In this document: positions 55,987 to 64,000 of the stretch, one piece after another | Position numbering within the stretch: position 1 is the stretch's first letter | Layout of the letters: the number at the start of each line of letters is the position of its first letter | Assembly: GCA_963722305.1 (NCBI GenBank) | Contig: CAVRKE010000002.1 | Location: 315,878 to 379,877, forward strand | Length of the DNA: 64,000 nt | Direction of reading: 5' to 3' | Source of the DNA: Candidatus Levyibacteriota bacterium | GTDB taxonomy: Bacteria > Patescibacteriota > Microgenomatia > Levybacterales > UBA12049 | The notes under the pieces: generated by a model | The model's database searches: none | The model's input: only the letters and a program-made list of their open reading frames with translations | What the model was told of the DNA's origin: nothing | Made by a program: the position numbers and the translations under genes

Positions 55987-57456
55987 ATGGATACAGAATT
56001 TAACCAATCATTGAAAAAGACAGGAGAATACGGAATTGTTTATCAAGTCAGCCACCCGATTGTTTTTATTGAAGGCTTACCGTTAGTCAGAGCCCATGAA
56101 GTAATTGAGTTTGAAAGTGGACAAAAGGGCGAAGTTTTTACTATTGACCACGGCAACGTGGAAGCAAGAGTTTTTTCCCATGAACCGATTAAAGTCGGAA
56201 CAAAAGTGACCAGAACAGACAGGTTATTGTCAATCCCGGTCGGAAAGGAACTTCTAGGACACGCCATTAATCCTCTGGGAGAGCCTTTGGACCAAAACGT
56301 AAAAATTACTCCGCCAAAAGAATTCCGTGAACTGGAATCAAACCCGATAGGTATTTCCGGCAGGAAAAAAATTACCGTCCAGCTAACAACCGGAATTTCT
56401 TTAGTAGACTTACTCCTGCCTTTAGGTAGAGGACAAAGAGAGTTGATTATCGGAGACCGTAAAACTGGAAAAACTTCTTTTTTAATGACCACCATTAAAA
56501 AACAGGCTTATGAAGGAGTAGTTTGTATTTATGTCGCCATCGCCAAGAAAAAAAGCGATATTAAAAAACTGCAGGAATTTTTTGTGCAGGAAAAAATTAT
56601 GGATAAGGTAATCATTGTCGCAACCAGTTCTTATGACTCGCCAACGCTTATTTACCAGACCCCTTACGCCGCCATGACTATTGCCGAATATTTTCGCGAC
56701 CAGGGAATACATACCTTGCTTATTCTTGATGATCTGTCGACTCACGCCAAGTTCTATCGTGAATTGTCCCTTTTAGCCAGACGTTTTCCCGGCCGTGATT
56801 CATACCCCGGTGATATCTTTTTCGTCCACTCAAGCCTTCTGGAAAGAGCCGGGAACTTTAAACACCCGACGGCCGGGGAAGTTTCAATCACTTGCCTACC
56901 GGTAATTGAAATTATCGAAGGAGATTTTACCGGTTACATCTCAACTAATGTCATGGGAATTACCGACGGCCACATTTATCTTGACAGCAATATTTACTAT
57001 CAGGGCATGCGACCGGCCATCAATATCCCCTTATCTGTTACCCGTGTCGGCAGACAAACTTTAAGTCAACTGTCGCGCGAAATTAATAAAAACCTGACCA
57101 CGTTTTTGTCTTCATACGATAAGCTGCAAAACCTGTCTCATTTTGGTCAAGAACTAACCGATGACGTTAAAAATACTCTCAGGCTTGGACAACTAATTTA
57201 TAATTTTTTTAACCAACCTTACCAAATGGTTGTCCCAAAAATTGTCCAAATGATTATTTTGTCAATGATTTTGCAAAACATCGTCACCGATAAAGACGTT
57301 CTTAAAACGATTCAAACCGGCTTAATTGCCGCCTTTTACGACCGTGGAAAACAAAAATTGCTTTATGATATTGTTAATACCAACGATTTAAAAATTTTTA
57401 ACCAAAACGTCTTAAATAATAAAGACAAATTATTTGATTTGGCAAAGACAAAATAA
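55987..57456 (+). CDS. atpA: F-type ATP synthase subunit alpha
   Basis: GDRKTGKTSF (Walker A of alpha), RLLSIPVGKELLGHAINPLGEPLD, DDLSTHA. Slightly short at 489 aa. Confidence 0.93.
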   Translation: MDTEFNQSLKKTGEYGIVYQVSHPIVFIEGLPLVRAHEVIEFESGQKGEVFTIDHGNVEARVFSHEPIKVGTKVTRTDRLLSIPVGKELLGHAINPLGEPLDQNVKITPPKEFRELESNPIGISGRKKITVQLTTGISLVDLLLPLGRGQRELIIGDRKTGKTSFLMTTIKKQAYEGVVCIYVAIAKKKSDIKKLQEFFVQEKIMDKVIIVATSSYDSPTLIYQTPYAAMTIAEYFRDQGIHTLLILDDLSTHAKFYRELSLLARRFPGRDSYPGDIFFVHSSLLERAGNFKHPTAGEVSITCLPVIEIIEGDFTGYISTNVMGITDGHIYLDSNIYYQGMRPAINIPLSVTRVGRQTLSQLSREINKNLTTFLSSYDKLQNLSHFGQELTDDVKNTLRLGQLIYNFFNQPYQMVVPKIVQMIILSMILQNIVTDKDVLKTIQTGLIAAFYDRGKQKLLYDIVNTNDLKIFNQNVLNNKDKLFDLAKTK

Positions 57457-57459
57457 GTT

Positions 57460-58347
57460 ATGGCGCAAAAAAAACTAATCGTTGAAGAGCTGGAAGCCTT
57501 AAACAGTTTAAAAGACCTGGCGGAAAGTTATGAAGAAATAGCAGCTATCGAAATGCAAAAAATTAGAGACTCGGTTTTGAAAACCCGCGAGTTTTTGATA
57601 GATATTTCCGATGTTTTTGTTGACCTAAAAGCCTCTTACACCAGAGAGGTGAATGATTTAATTGCCCGACGGAAAAAGGGGGACAAAAGCATATTACCGA
57701 TCCTGCAAAAAATCAATAAAGTATTAATGGTTTATTTATCGTCAAACGGAAAGCTCTATGGACCAGTTACCCAGAAAACTTTTAGGCTTTTTAGCGAAAG
57801 CCTTAAAAAAACAGACCCAAGTAGCACCGACCTTGTGATTATCGGCAATGCCGGTAAGGAATTGTATGAAAATGCAATGATTCAGAGAAAGTTTGAATAT
57901 TTTGAAATTCCCGATACCAAAGTTAATATTCAACACATCAAGAAACTGATGCAAAAATTTTTACAGTACGAAAAAGTTTATGTTTATTATGGAAAGTTTG
58001 GGAATCTGGTTACGCAATCTCCAATATTCACCAGTATTACCGGCGAGGATATTTTTGAAACCGAAAAGGTGACCCCGGTTCCCCGTGAAGATCGCTTTAT
58101 TTTTGAGCCCACCCTTGAGAAAATTTTTCATTTTTTTGAAACACAAATTATGACAAACTTATTCAGTCAAACACTGCTGGAGAACCAACTGGCCCGTGAT
58201 GTCTCCAGGGTAAACGCCATGGAAGAAGCCTTGTTAAACATCGAGGAAGAATCAAAAAAATTAAACCGAATTAGTCTTCGTTTAAAACACGCGCTGTCCA
58301 ATAAAAAACAGCTGGAAACTATTTCGGGGTTGTTGTTGTGGACATAA
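57460..58347 (+). CDS. atpG: F-type ATP synthase subunit gamma
   Basis: 295 aa. N-terminal ...LKDL..SYEEIAAIEMQKIRD and C-terminal coiled coil (RISLRLKHALSNKKQLETISGLLL). Synteny supports the call. Confidence 0.8.
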   Translation: MAQKKLIVEELEALNSLKDLAESYEEIAAIEMQKIRDSVLKTREFLIDISDVFVDLKASYTREVNDLIARRKKGDKSILPILQKINKVLMVYLSSNGKLYGPVTQKTFRLFSESLKKTDPSSTDLVIIGNAGKELYENAMIQRKFEYFEIPDTKVNIQHIKKLMQKFLQYEKVYVYYGKFGNLVTQSPIFTSITGEDIFETEKVTPVPREDRFIFEPTLEKIFHFFETQIMTNLFSQTLLENQLARDVSRVNAMEEALLNIEEESKKLNRISLRLKHALSNKKQLETISGLLLWT

Positions 58348-58427
58348 GGTGTAAAAAATTAATGAATATTTATATTATTCAAGAATTACAATTTAGTATA
58401 CAAATAAATATAAATTTATTTACATAA

Positions 58428-59924
<1,497 letters not shown>

Positions 59925-59926
59925 AA

Positions 59927-60202
59927 ATGGCAAATAAAAAAACAATCAACGTTACAATCCGCGATACAGAAAATATTATTTTTACCGGCGACGTTGACAG
60001 AATAAGTTCATATAATGAAGTTGGAAAATTTGATATATATCCAATGCACGCCAATTTCATTTCCATCATTAGACAGGAAATAGAACTTTTTAAAGACAAA
60101 CAACTAATTAAAAAAATTGACATTGAGCAAGCTGTCTTAAAAGTCAAACAAGATGTCGCTCACATTTTCCTGGGAATTGAAACACTTTTTATAGAAGAGT
60201 AA
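59927..60202 (+). CDS. atpC: F-type ATP synthase subunit epsilon
   Basis: 91 aa. INVTIRDTENIIFTGDVDRISSYNEVGKFDIYPMHANFISII is a typical epsilon beta-sandwich N-domain. Confidence 0.75.
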   Translation: MANKKTINVTIRDTENIIFTGDVDRISSYNEVGKFDIYPMHANFISIIRQEIELFKDKQLIKKIDIEQAVLKVKQDVAHIFLGIETLFIEE

Positions 60203-60535
60203 TTTCTAATATCTCCGGATAATATTTTTTCACAAAAATCGTTGAAAAACTCAATTTTATGCTATATATAATAGATTGTTAAATCAATATATTCAATTGC
60301 TTATATACATTAATTATGTTCGAAATATATATAATATACCTATAGGACAGCCTATACATATTCACCTAACATGTATCTCTTCAACTACTTTTGACCCATT
60401 TTGACCTATTGACTACTATTATAAAAAGACCTACAGTAAATATAGGCTGAAAAATTTTAATATTTTCACAAATTTATTCTGGCGCATGGTTTAGAAGAAT
60501 TTCGGCCAAAAATTTATATTTTCTAATAAAAATTA

Positions 60536-61915
60536 ATGGACTCGACTCGCCCAGTTGGATTAGAACAATTATTAACTTTACAGCAAGCTGCTCAAAAGTT
60601 AGCGGTTTCTATTGACGTCCTTCTGAAGTGGAATGAGTTCAACATCCTTAAACCCACTATCACCCAAACCGGAGAAATCGGATACACGCAGCAACAAATT
60701 GACCAATTCTTGGCAATTCGTCAGGCAACGCGAGCTGTTACCAAACTAGAACAAATTCCTGTCACAAAACCCGAATCTGGCATAACCATAAATAATCATT
60801 TCCAAAAAGACTATAATAACTTTCATCCAAAATTGGAGTCTCCGGATTTTCATAGAGCCAGAAACAGTTACTTCTCTATCGGTCCCATCTTTGCTGTTTT
60901 AGCTTTAGGCGTAACGTTAGTGGTAATATTTATGACCCAACCGATAAACATTAAGCTTTTATTTGATGAGGCAAATAGTATGCGGGTGGCTTTAGCATCA
61001 CAAATAAGCCAGTTCAATCTGTCGGGATCCCAAAACTCTCCATTACCAATTCAACTCAAAAATATTATCGCTTCCGGAAATGGGCTTAACAATGAAGGAG
61101 CAACTATTTTAGGCGATAAGCTTACTACGTTTAACACCCCTTTAGGAAAAAAGTCCGGGAAAAACACCGCCGCCCGCAACCAAACAGCAGCTGAAGCGGT
61201 TCTCGGCAGTAGCGCAAATGCTAACAACTCAACCTACAGTGAAACCCAAAATTTTGCCTCGAATGAGAATACGACCAGTAACTTTATCTTTGATAGCAGA
61301 GGCAACATTAAGGGAGAAGCCACCAGCGCCAATCTTTTGGCTTCGGCTATCGGCACTGCCGGACTCGCAGAAAATGACAACTCACCGCAACAAACCACAA
61401 ACCCGAATATTTTATTACTCTTTTTAAGCGTGGGCCTCGTATTTGTGCTTTTCGCTTTCCGAAAGCAACTGGCTTATTCCACCGTAAAAGATTTAGATAC
61501 AGGCGTCGCAGGCTCTCCCAATTTTACCGGCAATGTTGAAAAACAGAAAATTCTTGAAATTGACCAAAAAACCGACGGAACTGTTGTTTTGTATTTCCAA
61601 GGACAGGAATATAAAGTTAGTAAACCCGAGTTAGATAGCGAGTCCGACCAGTTTATCGAAAGACTAATGGGGCTTATTTCACCCGGCGTTAAGGAAATCT
61701 ATTATGACACTTCCAGTGATGAAAAAATTAGATTAAGTGCTCCCCTTAGCAAACTGGTCACACGGCTGGGATTTGTAGGCATAAAAAGAGACTTGTTCTT
61801 TCCGAGAACTTCCAAAAACCGGGTTCTTTTTAGAAGGTACCTGACAGAGCAAGACCTAACTGCGATGAATTTGACCACCGAGCAAATTTTAAACGATTTC
61901 AGACTGAGTAATTGA
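60536..61915 (+). CDS. Membrane protein with N-terminal excisionase/MerR-like HTH (HTH_17-like), two TM helices flanking an Asn/Ser/Thr-rich extracytoplasmic segment, and a C-terminal cytoplasmic domain
   Basis: N-terminus LEQLLTLQQAAQKLAVSIDVLLKWNEFNILKPTITQTGEIGYTQQQIDQFL fits the HTH_17 pattern (LLT..EAA..LGVS..TL.RW...G.L....IG....Y....I..FL). TM1 YFSIGPIFAVLALGVTLVVIF, TM2 ILLLFLSVGLVFVLFAF. Confidence 0.55.
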   Translation: MDSTRPVGLEQLLTLQQAAQKLAVSIDVLLKWNEFNILKPTITQTGEIGYTQQQIDQFLAIRQATRAVTKLEQIPVTKPESGITINNHFQKDYNNFHPKLESPDFHRARNSYFSIGPIFAVLALGVTLVVIFMTQPINIKLLFDEANSMRVALASQISQFNLSGSQNSPLPIQLKNIIASGNGLNNEGATILGDKLTTFNTPLGKKSGKNTAARNQTAAEAVLGSSANANNSTYSETQNFASNENTTSNFIFDSRGNIKGEATSANLLASAIGTAGLAENDNSPQQTTNPNILLLFLSVGLVFVLFAFRKQLAYSTVKDLDTGVAGSPNFTGNVEKQKILEIDQKTDGTVVLYFQGQEYKVSKPELDSESDQFIERLMGLISPGVKEIYYDTSSDEKIRLSAPLSKLVTRLGFVGIKRDLFFPRTSKNRVLFRRYLTEQDLTAMNLTTEQILNDFRLSN

Positions 61916-62031
61916 GGCTAAGCCTCCAGGTCCACACAGGTCCACTTGAGCTCATTCATATCTCACGCCTGTCCCCTTTCTTACGGCCAGCTTAATCTAA
62001 ATATAATAGTAGAATTTATTTCTCTAAGAAG

Positions 62032-64000
62032 ATGGATTCAGCTCGCCAAGTTGACTCAAAAAAATTATTAAACCTACAGCAGGCCGCCGAGAAATTGGGG
62101 CTGTCTGTTGACGCTTTAATTGACTTAAGCGAGAATAATATTTTAGTGCCAACGGTTGGCAAAAATGGCCTCATTTCCTACTCTGAAGAACAAATTGAAA
62201 GATACTTTCACCCGGAGGCTTTTATTGAGGAAGTAAAACCCGCAATTGAAGTAAAACCCGCAATTGAAGTAAAAAAAGTTGAACAACCAATAGAAGAAGC
62301 ACTTCAGGAACAAGCTAGGCGAGCTGAATCCGAAGTGAAGTTAATTGTTTCTGCCCCTGTGGCAGAAAAGGCACCCATCCCTTCCGGTCCAACGAGCGAG
62401 TCGGTATTCGACAAACTTGTGCGTTGGGCCGGAAATGGGTTTTATCGGGACGAATTTGCCAAGGAATATACAAAAGCCTCAACCGAACCGAATCTAAACC
62501 TTAATTTCAGCTTCAAACTGCCGCCGATTAACTTTAGGCCAACCAGAAGGCAAGTCGCATTTTCTTTAGCTATGTTTCTCATCTTAGTGGTTTTAGGCGT
62601 CTTTACGCAACAAGAGAGGATTGCCTTCTTCCTGGAAAAATCACAAAACCAAACGCCCAGCTTTGCTACGCAAACAAATCAGGCGGTTTTAGGTGCCCAA
62701 ACCAGTAAGATGAAAATAATCGGAAATATTATCTTAGCCCTACCTTTGGTTGCCAAGGAAAATGCCTCCTTAAACCAGAACCTGGAGGTTGGAGGCACCA
62801 GCATCTTTAAGGGAAACATCACCGCCCCAAATATTTTATACGGTATTAAGGCCGGAGACCATATTGTCATCACCAATGCGGCCAGCCAGACGCCGACCAT
62901 TTCGGCCGATTTATCAGGCACAGTTTCTTCTTTCCAAGGCCAAACCGGCGATGTAACTTTAGTAGCCGGAAGTGACATTTCGATCAGTGGAACGACCATT
63001 AGCAATGTCTCCACCTTAGGCACGGTTGTCTCCCGCGGCGGCTGTGATTCCTGCATTACCGACGCCGATGTCTCCAATAGTTTAACCATTGATGCAACCG
63101 GCAATGTTGCCGGTGAGGCAATTACAAGCGGTGTCATTTCTCCGACTGTCGGAGGCACCGGCTTAACCAGTTATAATCCCGGCGACATGCTTTATGCCTC
63201 CACCACCAACACCTTAACTACCTTATCTGCCAGCGATACCGGACAATTCTTAATGATGGGCATGAATAGCGCTCCGGAATGGCAATATGTTGGCTCGTTT
63301 GCCGTGGCAGTAGTTAAAGAAGATAACGTCGTAATCTCGCCGGTGACCAATGTTTTAAATTTCTCCAGCGGAGACTTTGTTCCGGTCGTTTCACCGGTTG
63401 GCCAGGTTAACTTTACGCTCGCTCCAACCTTAACTTCGGTAGTCGGCGTTGCCAATAACTTTAATGTCGGCGGCACCAATTTGACCTTTAGTAATGCGGG
63501 AACGATTACCTCAAGCGGCGCAAATTCTCTGACGATTGACTCCGGAACAACCGGCAGCGTGAATATCGGCACCGGCGACAATTCTAAAACCATTAATATC
63601 GGTACCGGCTCCGGCGGGGACAATATCAATATAGCAACTAATGGTACAAACCCTAACACGATTACGCTTGGCGCCACTACCGACAGCACCACGATTAGCG
63701 GCAATATCGCTCTCTCTACTGCCGCCGGCGCTACCACTACTATTGGCAACTCAACCGGAAATTTACAAATCAACTCAACCGGTTTGCAGGTTGCCAGCAG
63801 TGGCGCCATTACCATTCCCGCAAGCCAGACTTTAACCGTTGGGACTATTGGGCTTAATGCCAGTGGCAGCAGCAATCTTACTTCCGGGGCAAACCTGGTT
63901 GGAGTCTATAATCAGTTCAATAACTCCAGCTCAAACGATTTACAACAGGTCTTGAAAGACTTTGACGCGGCTATCACTTCCGCCGGCATCACTCCGTTCT
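62032..64000 (+). CDS. Paralogous membrane protein: N-terminal HTH_17-like domain, EVKPAI tandem repeat, one TM, then a long Gly/Thr/Ser/Asn-rich beta-helix-like repeat domain. 3'-partial (runs off the window) and absent from the supplied ORF track
   Basis: I translated codon by codon from the ATG at 62032 and found no stop through 64000 (656 codons). The N-terminus MDSARQVDSKKLLNLQQAAEKLGLSVDALIDLSENNILVPTVGKNGLISYSEEQIERYF is homologous to the 60536 protein. TM VAFSLAMFLILVVLGVF. Repeats such as TIDSGTTGSVNIGTGDNSKTINIGTGSGGDNINIATNG. Confidence 0.65.
   Translation, partial: MDSARQVDSKKLLNLQQAAEKLGLSVDALIDLSENNILVPTVGKNGLISYSEEQIERYFHPEAFIEEVKPAIEVKPAIEVKKVEQPIEEALQEQARRAESEVKLIVSAPVAEKAPIPSGPTSESVFDKLVRWAGNGFYRDEFAKEYTKASTEPNLNLNFSFKLPPINFRPTRRQVAFSLAMFLILVVLGVFTQQERIAFFLEKSQNQTPSFATQTNQAVLGAQTSKMKIIGNIILALPLVAKENASLNQNLEVGGTSIFKGNITAPNILYGIKAGDHIVITNAASQTPTISADLSGTVSSFQGQTGDVTLVAGSDISISGTTISNVSTLGTVVSRGGCDSCITDADVSNSLTIDATGNVAGEAITSGVISPTVGGTGLTSYNPGDMLYASTTNTLTTLSASDTGQFLMMGMNSAPEWQYVGSFAVAVVKEDNVVISPVTNVLNFSSGDFVPVVSPVGQVNFTLAPTLTSVVGVANNFNVGGTNLTFSNAGTITSSGANSLTIDSGTTGSVNIGTGDNSKTINIGTGSGGDNINIATNGTNPNTITLGATTDSTTISGNIALSTAAGATTTIGNSTGNLQINSTGLQVASSGAITIPASQTLTVGTIGLNASGSSNLTSGANLVGVYNQFNNSSSNDLQQVLKDFDAAITSAGITPF
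62230..62274 (+). repeat. Tandem 18-nt repeat (gaagtaaaacccgcaatt x2 + partial) encoding EVKPAI EVKPAI EVK
   Basis: Seen in sequence. Confidence 0.85.

Noticed and set aside
60203-60535. Specific promoter/operator calls in the AT-rich 330-bp region upstream of the HTH-membrane protein genes
   Set aside because: Several TTGAC-like direct repeats (ttttgacccat / ttttgacctat / ttgactact) and a tatagg-acag-cctata palindrome are visible, but no unambiguous -35/-10 pairing. Mentioned as context only.
62679-63875. ORF-track entries 62679..63158(-), 63192..63875(-) and 63641..63835(+)
   Set aside because: They lie within, or antisense to, the unlisted 62032->end + strand gene, which has coherent domain architecture and a paralog. 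Their products are Pro/Val/Leu/Ala low-complexity.

Overview
This window reads as AT-rich, tightly packed bacterial DNA. Overlapping start/stop codons are frequent, and the encoded cell-envelope genes look Gram-positive-like (MurJ, FemAB, LCP, PilN/PilO, LAXTG-type sorting signals). That gene complement is typical of a small-genome Patescibacteria (CPR)-type organism; the taxonomic call is inference, not a database result. I annotate about 58 protein-coding genes. Housekeeping calls by motif are lepA, murJ, rpsT, tpiA, uvrD/pcrA, a short cysS-like gene, the atpFHAGDC F1Fo block, and nickel SOD with its SodX peptidase. The window is dominated by glycosylation machinery. There are three ArnT/PMT-like GT-C membrane proteins next to an FAD oxidoreductase at 8.6-15.4 kb. 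Two genes built from tandem GH130 (beta-mannoside phosphorylase-like) domains follow at 37.3-41.1 kb. Then comes an uninterrupted same-strand array of seven paralogous GT-C + TPR membrane proteins (TMTC/TMEM260-like protein O-mannosyltransferase architecture) at 42.0-54.7 kb. Other notable items: two surface proteins end in an L[A/S]PTG + TM sorting-signal-like tail; a CysS/MshC-like ligase is paired divergently with an LmbE/PIG-L deacetylase; two palindromic operator-like sites sit in the tpiA-uvrD divergent promoter; an 860-bp ORF-poor region carries a 19-bp inverted repeat; and the 3' end holds a pair of paralogous membrane proteins with an N-terminal excisionase/MerR-like HTH. The second of that pair is a >650-codon ORF running off the window end that is absent from the supplied ORF track. 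I found no tRNA, rRNA, CRISPR array or recognisable transposase.
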